DNA from: Prasinococcaceae sp. CCMP 1430
Taxonomy: Eukaryota > Plantae > Prasinodermophyta
Reading direction: 5' to 3'
DNA length: 64,000 nt
NCBI GenBank assembly: GCA_013416795.1
Contig: RQSC01001207.1
Span: 178,145-242,144 of the forward strand
The notes below the pieces were generated by a model that saw nothing but the letters and a program-made list of their open reading frames with translations, ran no database searches and was not told the origin of the DNA. The translations under genes were made by a program, and so were the position numbers. This document shows positions 23,059 through 33,514 of this stretch, piece after piece. Within the stretch, counting starts at the first letter, position 1. Every line of letters starts with the position of its first letter.

Positions 23059-23246
23059 GAAACGCGCGAGGCGACGGCGACTGCGATGACAGCTCGCCGC
23101 GCGCGCGCGCGCGGGGGCGCGCGCGCGCAGGCCGCGGCCGCCGCCGCCGCCAGCGGCGCGACGCGCCTCTGCGCTCTTTTTTGCGCGAGAAAGCGCTCGG
23201 TGGAGGCGGCTCGCCCGCTGACGCGGAGGGGGCACCAGCCGCAGCA

Positions 23247-24068
23247 ATGGGCCGTGGCGGGCAGGGGCCGACGGCGCATTCGCCCGTGTCGGCATGCCCC
23301 ACCTCAGCTGGCAGTGAGGCCCTCCAGGGCGAAGCACAGGCGCAGCCGAGCTCGAAGGCGTACCTGCAGATCAGCCGCGAGCGCTACGGCGACCGTGTCA
23401 CTGTGCACTGCGAGGACCCGCTGATCTTTACAATCGCGAACTTCCTGAGCGATGACGAGTGCGACGCGCTCATCGATTCCTCGGACGGACGGCTTGCCCG
23501 CGCGCCGGTTGTGGGCAAGGGCCAGACGGTGAACTCGTTCGGCTACGTGCAGGGCGAGAGCGCAGGGCGCACCAGCACCACGTGCACTCTGGCCAAGTCC
23601 GAGGTGCCATGGTACGTCGAACGCATCGAGGAGCTCACCGGCTTGCCGCGCACGCACCAAGAGGCTCCTCAGGTTGGGCGCTACGAGCCTGGCCAGCGCT
23701 TCAATTCGCACTTCGATGCGGTCGAGCCCAACAGTGACATCGGGCGCAAGTTCTTGCAGAACGGAGGGCAGCGGATCTGCACAGTGCTCTCGTACCTCAA
23801 CACGCCAGACCCTCCGAAGGCCTTCCGCCGCGGCCGCGGTGGCCACACTACCTTCAGATCGATGGAAGTCTCCGTGGAGGCCGTGAAGGGTACTGTTCTC
23901 GTGTTCTTCCCTGCCTACCTTGACGGCTCGCTCGACAAGCGCACGCTGCACAGCGGCGATCCGCCCCGGCACACTCCAAAGTGGGTGAGCCAGGTGTGGG
24001 TCCGCCAGAGCGGCAACAGGCGCGACGCTGCCCCCTCGCGTCGCTTTTGCGAGGGCCTGTACTACTGA
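23247..24068 (+). CDS. Prolyl-4-hydroxylase-like 2OG-Fe(II) dioxygenase with no obvious signal peptide
   Basis: DPLIFTIANFLSDDECDALI...RTSTT...QVGRYEPGQRFNSHFD...GGQRICTVLSYLN...TLHSGDP...KWVSQVWVRQ (HxD...H...K). Confidence 0.9.
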   Translation: MGRGGQGPTAHSPVSACPTSAGSEALQGEAQAQPSSKAYLQISRERYGDRVTVHCEDPLIFTIANFLSDDECDALIDSSDGRLARAPVVGKGQTVNSFGYVQGESAGRTSTTCTLAKSEVPWYVERIEELTGLPRTHQEAPQVGRYEPGQRFNSHFDAVEPNSDIGRKFLQNGGQRICTVLSYLNTPDPPKAFRRGRGGHTTFRSMEVSVEAVKGTVLVFFPAYLDGSLDKRTLHSGDPPRHTPKWVSQVWVRQSGNRRDAAPSRRFCEGLYY

Positions 24069-24811
24069 CGGGGCGTGTGAGCACGTCGGCACCGCGACCT
24101 CCTGCCGCGGGGTGAGATGCATCCATTCACTCACAGCATACCAACAAAACACACAACGCTCAGGCCGCCATCTTTACTACGTACAAGCACAAAAGACTTC
24201 CATACTCCAGGAACCACTGCATTTATTCTTCTCCTCAATCGTCCCCTCATGCACGCTGGCATCGACCCCCTGCATCCGCCTGCTCCGCCCCAGCCGACGT
24301 GTCGCCGCGCCCGGGCCAGCAACGGCAGGGACAAGCCGAGCGCAGCACAATTCGTCCGCACACCTGGGAGAGGCCCATCGATCCGCCAATCGCGACCCAA
24401 GCAATCTCATCCTCTGCATCAGTGACATGCGTCGCCGCCGACGGGAGCGGCTGCGCGACGTTCGATGGTCGCGTCCGCCGCACCCGCCTGCACGAATGAA
24501 GACGCACGCACACCAGATGCCTCTATGCATGCCGCCCTCCGAAAGCACCAGGTTGGATTGTTCGAAGCGAACGACCGCCGCGCTCGCCGCAGGCGGCGCA
24601 GGCGACAATCAATCAATGTAAAACGAGGCACTGGACGCATCACCAGGTGATGCGCTCGTGCGCACGTGCGGTGCTCATATCCGTCCGTCCTCCTAGCTCG
24701 CTCCATGACACTGCCGAAGGTGTGCTTCGGACGCGTGCGACAGTGCAAGCCTGGCCTCGTATTATCCGAATATTATGCGTGCGTGCGCGCTTGTCATCGC
24801 GCCACCTCCGC

Positions 24812-25594
24812 TCAGTCGGCGTTCCAGAGCGGGCCGTCCGGTTGGTACTCGCCCTTGCTCGTGGTGCCGTAATCGATGGACGGCGGCGGCTCGGGCCCGA
24901 AGGTGTCGAGCGGGCTCTCGACGAAGAAGAGGGCGCGCTGCCTGTTGCGAATGATCGGCACCTCGGTCCATCCGAGTTGGAGCCTGATGTCATTGAGCAA
25001 CTCGCGTCCCGCGCGTCGGCTGAGCTCGTTGCGGGCGGCACCCAGCGGCCCGCTGGGTGCGCTCCCGCGCGTGAGCGCGCGCACGTCAACAACGTCGTCG
25101 TCTTCAACAAACACCCACTCAACGTCGGTACCGCCATCCCCCTCGTTTGCAAAGTACGCCCACACATACGCGTCGGCGCCGTTCGCCGCGCCGATCTCCC
25201 GCATGATGGTGCCCCCGCGCGCCTCGCATGCGCGCACGAGCGCCGCGGCGGCACCCTCCGTCGACGTGGAGAACTCGTACGGGTTCAGAAAGAACGCCGG
25301 GCGGTCGTCCGCGGAGCTCGCGCACCACGCTCGCGTCTGCGCCACGCCCTCGCACGTGCCGAGCGCGCCCGCTCGCGCTCCCCAGCACTCGGGCCCCACG
25401 GGCGCGCCCTCCGGAGCACCCGAGCACTCGCTCGGCGGCGGAAGCCGCGGCCGCGCGGACCGCGGCGGCGCGCGCGGCCCCTTACTGAGCTGCTGCCAGC
25501 CCGGGCCACGGCGCCGCCGGCACCAACCGATCCCCGCCCGCGCACTCGCCTCTCCCACCTGCGCTGTGGCGCCCGCCCCTCCACACACACGCAC
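24812..25594 (-). CDS. DUF1499-like plastid protein; 5' structure uncertain
   Basis: CEG...WCASS...PYEF...AAAALV...YVWAYF...DVEWVF...VVDVRA; C-terminal LGWTEVPIIRNRQRALFFVESPLDTFGPEPP. Confidence 0.7.
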   Translation of the reverse strand: MRVCGGAGATAQVGEASARAGIGWCRRRRGPGWQQLSKGPRAPPRSARPRLPPPSECSGAPEGAPVGPECWGARAGALGTCEGVAQTRAWCASSADDRPAFFLNPYEFSTSTEGAAAALVRACEARGGTIMREIGAANGADAYVWAYFANEGDGGTDVEWVFVEDDDVVDVRALTRGSAPSGPLGAARNELSRRAGRELLNDIRLQLGWTEVPIIRNRQRALFFVESPLDTFGPEPPPSIDYGTTSKGEYQPDGPLWNAD

Positions 25595-26036
25595 ACACGC
25601 ACCCCCCCGCCCCGCGCGCGCGTGGCCCGCCGCCGGCCACAGGTCGCAAATCGGATCGGATTAAGGTTCGGGTACCGGTTCGGGTTAGGGTGCAATTCAA
25701 AGACGCGTACCCAATTCATTTTGATACGCTTTTAATTTAGGGTCTCCGTAAAGCATCGGTCTTCGACTGCGCTTCGCCCACGCCTAAAGTGTCAATTTGA
25801 ATGTGGGATTCGCAATGATACTCTCCCGTGGCTAGATAATATGTAATATACATTGTGTGTGTATGGTAGGGTACCTGCAGACACCTTTTTTCTGCCCAGC
25901 GAGGACAGCACCCGCCCAACGAAGGGGCGCGCGCGAACGGACACGCGCGGCGCGGGCAAAATATCGCGCGCGCGTTTCAGTGCGTTCTGACGTGGGTAAA
26001 AGAGGCGCCCGTGGGCACATATGACAATTTATTAGA

Positions 26037-26668
26037 TTATCCATTGCGGGGCGGGGCGGGGCGTTGTTTGGGCGGGAAGCTTCGAGCGCGCGGCGCGGCG
26101 GGGCGCAGGGGCTGCGGCACCACCCCGCCGTCCGCCTCCGAGGCGGGCCTCCACGACGAGGAGGTGTCCGACGCGGCGGCGGTCCTCGGCGTCGCCGTCC
26201 CAAGAGGCGCGCGGCGCGCGGNGTGCGTTTGGCCCACCGAAACCACACGGAACTTGGACTTGGTATTAGGGTCCATGCCCAGCATGTCCACCACACTCCA
26301 GGCCGTCGAGAAGCTCGCCGGAGCGTTGATGACGACCGCTGCGGCGAGCTGCTGCGGATAGTGGTCCTGAAGGAGACTGGTGAGGCCCTTGAGGAAGTCG
26401 ACGACGGGCGTCGACACGATATCGAAGAGCGAGAATCCCGAGATATCCAAAATGTACACCGCCTGGTCTTGCGTCCCCCCCTTCATGCGCGAGGCCTCCT
26501 GCATGAGCGTCTTGTTGACGTACTCCATCATGATGATATGAAAGTGGGCGAGGTCATCTGCCGTGCAGCGCTTCATCAACAGCTTCCACTGAGCGGCGCC
26601 CACTCGGTTCCAATACACTGGGCGGCTATCTTTGTCATGTCCGAAGTACGTGTGCGGCAGGTACTTCC
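26037..26668 (-). CDS. CRAL-TRIO (Sec14-like) lipid-binding protein; 5' end unresolved
   Basis: YLPHTYFGHDKDSRPVYWNRVG...VYILDISGFSLF...LQDHYPQQLAAAVVINAPASFSTAWSVV..GMDPNTKSKF. Confidence 0.82.
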
Positions 26669-26976
26669 AGTCGCGCGGCCGCGCGCGCCGACGCCGACGC
26701 CGGCGCCGCGCGCAGGCACGCTGCGGCCGCCAAGCGTGCCGCCCAGCACCTCGCGGACCGTGCTGCAGCGGCGGCCGCGCTCGCCTCCAAGGTACGGCAC
26801 AATGCTTGTGCGCGGCGCATCCGAGCGCGACGCGACACGACCCGACGCGACGCGTGCGCGCGCGCGCGCGCGCGTGAGGAACATTGGTAGCGCTGCGGTT
26901 GTTGTTGCGCTCCTGTCACCTCGCCTTGCTGTTCACTCTGCTGCCTATCGCACCCGCAACTACCAGGCGCTGACGA

Positions 26977-29748
26977 ATGCCGCGCGTCCGATTGCGCACG
27001 CCCCTTTCGCCCCCTCATCCCTCCGCTAACCCCCAATCGACGCCATATGCCCTCGCTTGCGCCGTGCGCGGTCGCCCTCAGGCCGCTCATGGCGGCGTCC
27101 GCGCGACTCAGAGGGTCGCCGAGGCGCGCGTCAAGGCCCACCAGGAGGCGGCCGAGCGCCTCGCCGCCGCAACCCAGCGCCGCACCGAAGTCGCTGTCGC
27201 AAAGGAGGCACGTCTGGCCGCCGCGGCCGCCCGTCGCGCTGCAGCGCGCCTTCGCGCGAGCAGTGCGCCCTCGACGACCGCTGGCGTATCCGCGAGGCGC
27301 GCTGAGGCCGCCGCGAGGCGCCGCACCGAGGCGCTCGCGCGCGTCAGAGAGAGGGCCGCCACGTCTTCGCGCCGTGCGGCTGCTGCCGCCGAGCGCATGG
27401 CTTCCGAGCGCGTCTTCCGCGCCGAGCGCTCAAAGACCCGCGTGGGGGCGGCCGCTCGCCGCCGCACGGCGGCCCTCGCCGCCGTGTGCGCCAAGGCGCG
27501 CGCCGCATCTCGCGGAGCGCTGTCCCAGGCGTCCGAGCGTCGTGCCAAGGCGGCCGCGGCGCTGGAGGCCGCTGCGGCCGCCGGCGAGAAGCGCCGCTCC
27601 GAGGCCGCTAAGCGCCGTGCCTCCCGGTTCGGTTCCATGAGCGCCGGAAAGGCCCTCAAGGAAGTCTCCGAGGAGCTCAAGGCGGGCGCTCCCACTCGCA
27701 TCCGCACTGCCGACCTTGAGGCGGCCGCCACGCGCCGCAGGCGCTTCATGGAGTCACGCGTGCAGGTCGCGCGCACCTACGCTGTGGAGCGCGTCGAGCG
27801 CGCGCACAAGCAACGCGCTGCTGCGCAGGCGACCGTCTTCAGCGACTTCGAGGTGGCCGAGGCGCACCGCGACGCCGCGGGCGCGCGTCGCCGCGTGGCG
27901 CTCTCCGAGCGCGTCGAAGTTGCCGCGTTGCTCGGTAGCGGGCGCGTGGCAAACGCCAGGGCGAACCGTGCCGCGGCCGCGAAGGCGCGCTCCGCCGCCG
28001 TCGAGGCGCGCATGACGTTCCGGGCGGCAGAGGCGGCGCGCCGCAGGCGCGCGAAGCGCGCGAGCATCATTCGCGCAGCGCGCCGTGGCAGGTGCGGCTC
28101 GGCTGCCGTTGCCGCCGATGCCATCCTCTGCTGTGGCAACCTCCTCGGCGGCGGCCTTGGCATCGATTCGGAGACCGAGGAGGTCGACGCCTACGCTGCC
28201 GAGCGCCTCGCCGAGCGCCTCGCTCGCGCCGACCAGTGTAGGCAGGCGTTTCTCGCCGAGCGCGGCGCTATGGCAAAGAGGGCCGCGGCAAAGACCGCCG
28301 CCATCAAGGCCGCCACCATCTCCGAGACCACGCAGCGCGAGATGCTCATGGTCAATCGCCAGCGCCTCGCTTCAGACCGTCGCAACCTCAAGCTGTGGAC
28401 GCGCTCGCGCATGTGCGCGGCGATGGGCTCCCCCCCGGCCGCCGCGTCCGCCGAGGCGCTCGCGGCGACCGCCGCCGCTCGGCTCGAAGCTCTTGAGGCG
28501 CGCCTGGCCGACGCCACGGCGCGCCGCGAGGACGTGGTCTCGGCCGTGTACAACACCGCGAGGCGGATGGGCTCCGAGCGTGTGCTGCGCGCGCGCCGCC
28601 GCAGCGCGGCCAAGGAGTTCGTCGTACTCAAGCGCTCAGCGCGGCGCCAGGCCGTCGCTAGCGCTCGCCGCCTGTGGCTTTGGCAGCGCAAGGCAACCGC
28701 CGCAGCGGCGCTGGGGTCCGACCGCGTCCAGTACGCCGCCATGCGCCGCGACGTGGCGGCGGAGCGCGAGTTGAAGGCGCAGCTCCTCAGGGGCCTGCGC
28801 CGCGAGGACGCGGCCAACCGCCGTGGAGTCCTGCTCAAGATTCGTTCGGTGCGTGCGTCGCTCATGGGCTTGCTGCTCGGGCCCCATGGCAGCGCCATCA
28901 GCGTGCCCGAGTCGACCGAGAAGAACGCCCGCTCGTCCGACAACAAGCGCGGTGAGACCGCCATCCCTCGCTCGGCCGAGACCGCGTGCCCGCCTCCCGA
29001 GGAAGAGCTCTCTTCCGATGCCGCCAAGCGCGCCACTCGTCTCGAGGCTAAGCTCGAGCGCGCTGCGGTCAACCGCAATGCGTTGCTCGCGCGTACGCGG
29101 CGCTGCGGTCGCGCGTGGGCCAACCGCCGCGCCGCAGCGGCTGCGCGCCGATGCATGCGCCGCATGAACCGCGTGGCGCGCGCCCTTCAGGCCGAGCAGC
29201 GGTCGCTGTCGGCCACGACGAAGCGTCAGGCGTGCCTCCAGAAGCGCGCCGCGGCGGCTGCGGCCGCCGCCAAGCCCGGCTTGTCTCCAGACAAGGCGGC
29301 GATGGTGCTGGCCAAGTCGCCCACCAAGGACGCGAAGCCCACCAGGCTCGAACTCTCGGGCTCGCCGCAGCCCAAGAGGGCGAGACCGGAGACTCGCACG
29401 CCCGAGCGCGCGGCCGAGCGCCGCGCAGCTGCTCTCGAGGACCGCGTGCGCAAGGCGCGCGCCGACGTCATGCGCCACGCCATGGTGGTCGAGGCCGCCC
29501 GCGAGGAGCGCGCCGCGCGCGCCCTCAACAAGCGTCGCCGCCTCGAGGCCAAACTCGAGCGCGCCAAGGCGCTCCGTGAGGCCTCCTTCAAGGCTCGCGG
29601 AGGTTGTGACGAGCTGATGGTCATCGGCAAGCGCCTCCTCGCTCAGAGCGGCGATGTACCCGTGGCACTCGCGCAGTCGCTCTCTGACAAGTTCGAAGCG
29701 GCCTCGCACTCCACGGCCCCCGACGACACCTGGGTCGTGGTAGCATGA
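26977..29748 (+). CDS. 923-aa Ala/Arg-rich helical repeat protein of unknown function
   Basis: Uninterrupted 2.8-kb ORF with recurrent LxxAxxRRxxxL helices, e.g. KLERAAVNRNALL, RLADATARREDVV, RLARADQCRQAFL. Confidence 0.75.
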   Translation: MPRVRLRTPLSPPHPSANPQSTPYALACAVRGRPQAAHGGVRATQRVAEARVKAHQEAAERLAAATQRRTEVAVAKEARLAAAAARRAAARLRASSAPSTTAGVSARRAEAAARRRTEALARVRERAATSSRRAAAAAERMASERVFRAERSKTRVGAAARRRTAALAAVCAKARAASRGALSQASERRAKAAAALEAAAAAGEKRRSEAAKRRASRFGSMSAGKALKEVSEELKAGAPTRIRTADLEAAATRRRRFMESRVQVARTYAVERVERAHKQRAAAQATVFSDFEVAEAHRDAAGARRRVALSERVEVAALLGSGRVANARANRAAAAKARSAAVEARMTFRAAEAARRRRAKRASIIRAARRGRCGSAAVAADAILCCGNLLGGGLGIDSETEEVDAYAAERLAERLARADQCRQAFLAERGAMAKRAAAKTAAIKAATISETTQREMLMVNRQRLASDRRNLKLWTRSRMCAAMGSPPAAASAEALAATAAARLEALEARLADATARREDVVSAVYNTARRMGSERVLRARRRSAAKEFVVLKRSARRQAVASARRLWLWQRKATAAAALGSDRVQYAAMRRDVAAERELKAQLLRGLRREDAANRRGVLLKIRSVRASLMGLLLGPHGSAISVPESTEKNARSSDNKRGETAIPRSAETACPPPEEELSSDAAKRATRLEAKLERAAVNRNALLARTRRCGRAWANRRAAAAARRCMRRMNRVARALQAEQRSLSATTKRQACLQKRAAAAAAAAKPGLSPDKAAMVLAKSPTKDAKPTRLELSGSPQPKRARPETRTPERAAERRAAALEDRVRKARADVMRHAMVVEAAREERAARALNKRRRLEAKLERAKALREASFKARGGCDELMVIGKRLLAQSGDVPVALAQSLSDKFEAASHSTAPDDTWVVVA

Positions 29749-29976
29749 GCGCCCGCTGGCCCGTGCGCTGCCGCGTCTTCAGCGCGGCGCGCGCGCGGCG
29801 AGCCAAGCAGGCCGTCGAGCCACCGGGCTTGGCGCACGAGGAGAAGGAGGGCAGGGCAGAGCAAGGCAGCGGTCGCTGACTTGCTGGGTTTTGAGACGCG
29901 CAACCTAGGTTCCAAAAAGCATGTAAAGCGCGCATTACGTTCCCGGCGGCCCATCTCTCGCGCGCGCGGCGGCCGC

Positions 29977-31140
29977 TCACTGCTCCTCCGTGAGCTTCAG
30001 CGACGCCTCAGCAACGTCCCGCTCGAGCCGCTCGCGCAGGGCGTCGAGGGCGGCCGCCTCGGCGGCCGCCAGCCGGAAGTCGATGCCGAGCGAAACCTCT
30101 GCGCTCAGCGACGCGCCGCCCGCGCCCGCACCCCCCGCGGCGAGCGACGCCAGCGCCTTCAGCTCGGAGTACGCGGGCGTCTTGAAGTAGCGGTTCACCA
30201 GCAGGTCGTATGCCTCAGCGGGCCTCTTGAGGTGGGCGAGCAAGACGGCCAGGTCGCGCAGCTCGTGCCCCCCGCGCAGCTCCGCCAGGCGCTCGCAGGC
30301 CATGCGCGCCAGGCGAATGTCGCCGAAGGGGCGCCCGGAGCCCTGCATGACGCCGACGGTGTCGCCCACTCGCCCGACACGGCCGTGCGTGGACACGGCG
30401 GCCTCGGCGGACGCCAGAAACCCCGAGTAGTCCGTGTCGGGCCACACCCACGGCCAGTAGGCCCGCTTGAGCGACGCCAGAGTGTCGGCCATCAGCCCCT
30501 CTGGCGTGGCCGCCTCCGCGCCCGCCTCCGCCGCCCCCGCCGCCACGCGCGCGTACGGCAGGCTGTGCTGCTCGTTGCTCGGCACCACCACCTCGAACTC
30601 GCCCACGTCACCCTGCGCCTGCAGCCTCTGCAGCACGGCGTACAGCAGCGCGCCCAGCGCGGGTGGCACGCCGCACTTCTGCGCGAGCACATTGTGCATG
30701 TACGTGCGGTAGGGCGAGGCCATCTCTTCGCGCGAGGGCAGCTTCCAGCCGTAGCGCACGAAGAGGTAGTCGCACACCGCCGCGAGCTTGGCGGCCTCCC
30801 CGCCCTCCACCCCCGGCAGCACGTTGGCCGCGATCTCGCGCACGAGCTTGTCCACGCGCGCCTCGTAGGACGCCGTCGGCAGCTCCACCACCGTGCGGGT
30901 GCGCACCGCGTCGTCCTCGGCCGCCAGCGCCAGCGCGGCGCGCATCACGTCCGCGTCCGCAGCGCCGCCCGCGGGCGCCGCGGCCCGCGCTGCGGCCGCG
31001 GCGCTAGGCGCGATGCGGGCCGGTGCTCTCCACCTTGGCGACGGACCTGTAGTGGTCGGTGACGGCCTTCACGTCGCACCCCGCGGAGCGCCAGCACGCC
31101 TCGAGGGCGAGCCCCTCGAGCCCCTCGCACTTTTTCGCAG
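29977..31140 (-). CDS. SirB1/transglutaminase-like (Transglut_core2) protein of plant type; 5' part unresolved
   Basis: AALALAAEDDAV...VCDYLF..YGW...TYMHNVLAQKCGVPPALGALLYAVLQRL...LASLKRAYWPW...ARMACERL...ELRDLAVLLAH. Confidence 0.78.
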
Positions 31141-31301
31141 GCGGGAGAGGGCAGGGAATGGCGCAAGGCGCAGAGGGTCAGGGGCGCTCTGGCGGTCCGC
31201 GCTCTGGCGGCGAGGGGAGGGGTCGAAGGGGGTGTGTGGTGTGTGTGTGGGGGGGGTGTAGGGGGAAGGGGAGGGGCCCAGCGCGNGCAGGCCCAGGGCG
31301 C

Positions 31302-31336
31302 CGCGCGCGCGCGCGCGCGCGCGCGCGCGCGCGCGC
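31302..31336. repeat. Pure (CG)n run with Z-DNA-forming potential
   Basis: About 35 nt of alternating CG at the edge of an AT-rich promoter; a similar run lies near 19364-19388. Confidence 0.9.
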
Positions 31337-31764
31337 AACCGCCCGAATGCGCGGAAATCACCCCAATTTAAAATCGCTCACCGTTTTATTTCACCCACAT
31401 ATGCATCTCACGTAACGTATTTTTGCTTGCTCAGTAATGTTTTCGGTTGCGGCGAGGGCTCAGATGCGGCGGGAACAAAGACGCGCGCGCGCGCGCGATC
31501 CGTGCGTGCGGCGAGGCGAAATATGACTCCCGTGGGGAAATTTATCGTCGTATATAATTACAAATCGTGTGACGCCGGGCGGGAGAAATGGGCGATGCCA
31601 TGCTCTCTTTCGAAGGCATTTTTTTAGATTTTCTTTTCTTTTCTTTCTCATTGGAGGAGTGGCGCCAGACTGCGCGCGCGGAGGGGGCACCGGGGTGCTC
31701 CTGCCTCGCCCCTTCCCCCCTCCCCCCCCTCCCCCCCGCCCGCCCGCCCGCCCAGCCCGCGTCG

Positions 31765-32048
31765 ATGGCGCGTACGGGGCTGCCTGCGGGCGCGGACGCG
31801 GCGCGCGCGGCCGCGCGCGACGGACGGTGCGGGCGGGCTCCCCCACTCCATGCAGTCCCCACCCAAGCGCAACGCGCGTGCAGGCGCGGCTGCCCTCGTT
31901 TGGCGTGACTCGTCTTGCCCGTGCTGACGCGAGGCGGGCACGGGGGGGGCATCGCGCTCGCATCGCGCGCGCTGCCCCGCTCTCACGCGCGCGCTCCCGC
32001 TCGCTCGCTCGCTCGCTCGCGCGCTCCCATGCCCCCTCGCTCTCCCCA

Positions 32049-32088
<40 letters not shown>

Positions 32089-33414
32089 CTGCGTCCGCTG
32101 TCGCCCCGCCGCGCGCAGCTGGGTCCGTTCGCGCGCGCTGGGTGCTCGACGCGCGCTTTGCGTGCAAGCTGCGCGCGGTCGCGCTCGTGCAGGAGTGGGT
32201 GCGCGACGTCGGCGGGCCCGCGGGCCTGCACGCGGGCAACTGCCGCGTCATCACGGGCGTCATCGGCGCGCCGGAGAGCTCCATTGAGATCGAGGTGTCC
32301 ATGCACGGCCTCGCAGACCTGGAGCAGTTCTTCGCGCGCGTCGACGCAAGCGCGCACAGGGATTGGGGGGCGAAGGCGAAGGTGCGAAAGGACGGGGAAG
32401 CGCGCAAGCGCGCTCGGCGTACGTGCCCACGCGCGCTCACGGTGAGGGCTGTAGAGGAGGTGCGCGCCGAGGTGTGCGCCGCGGCCGCTCACACCGCGGC
32501 ACCCGCCTTGTCGCTCCGCGCTTGCTGCAGGACTCCATCGTGGACGGAACCTCGTCGTGGCACATCTACAATACGGTGCCGCTGGCGTTTGCGGCGCCGG
32601 CAAAGGCGACCGTGGGCATGAATGCCGCGAGGCCCACCACCACGCAGGGCGTCACTGCGGGCGTGCCCGTCATGGATGCCGCGGGGAACGCGACACCGAG
32701 CGGGCTGCTTCTGGTGCGAGCGCGAGCGCGCGACAGACCGCGCGTGCTCGCGTGCGAATGCGCTGCGCCCCCGCGGTAGCGTCGCTGACGCGGCGGCCGC
32801 CTGCCGCGATGGCATTGACTCGCGCGCGCCCGGTTTGCTCGCTCCCTCATATCCCCAAGGCGGCCGAGATGCCCGACGACACGACGCTGTCGTCGATGGC
32901 GCTCGAGGCGCTCGGTGCCAAGGGCGCAGGGCGTGTGGCGCGGCAGAGCCTCGAAAACGCGCTTGAGGCTGACTCGGACTCGGACTCGGAGGCGGTTAGA
33001 CCAGCGCCGCGCGCCCGGGCACGCACGCCGGCCGAGAGGGCCGCCGACGCGGACAAGCTGCCGACTGTGCTGCCGGCTCAAGAGACGCCGGGAGCGGTGG
33101 GCGCGCGAGGAAGTGGCGCGAAGGATGATGGTGCGGCCGAGGAGGAAGACAAGTGGTGGCTCGATTGGGAATGTGCGTGCGCGCGCGCCCGGGCGGCTGC
33201 GTGAGCGCGAACGCATCGTGCCGCGCATCACCGCGCGCGCGCGTCTGCGCGATGGTCTGCGCGCACGAGTGAGCGCGCGGGCGCGCAGGTCTCACAGAGC
33301 ATTGCCTCTGACAGCGCGTGTGCCTGCCCTGCTCGCGCTCGCATGGGCTCAGATGAGGACGGGAAATACCCGTCGCCGGGGGCTGACCCAGGTGACAAGA
33401 TGCCCCGATTTTAG
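31765..33414 (+). CDS. Multi-exon protein with a NIPSNAP-like dimeric alpha-beta domain and a conserved-looking C-terminal WWLDW...PGDKMPRF; introns 32382-32530, 32714-32859, 33173-33352; start uncertain
   Basis: RARWVLDARFACKLRAVALVQEWVRDVGGPAGL...ITGVIGAPESSIEIEV...LADLEQFFA...HRDWGAKAK/DSIVDGTSSWHIYNTV; all three splices keep the frame. Confidence 0.68.
32050..32087. repeat. (CA)n microsatellite
   Basis: Directly visible. Confidence 0.95.
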
Positions 33415-33514
33415 GCTCGTGAGCACGCGCGCGGCCGCCCACTTGCATGTCTACGCACGCACCACTGCCACTGCACGCGCCAGCGCTGTTTCGCATGTGA
33501 ATTGCACACATGCC

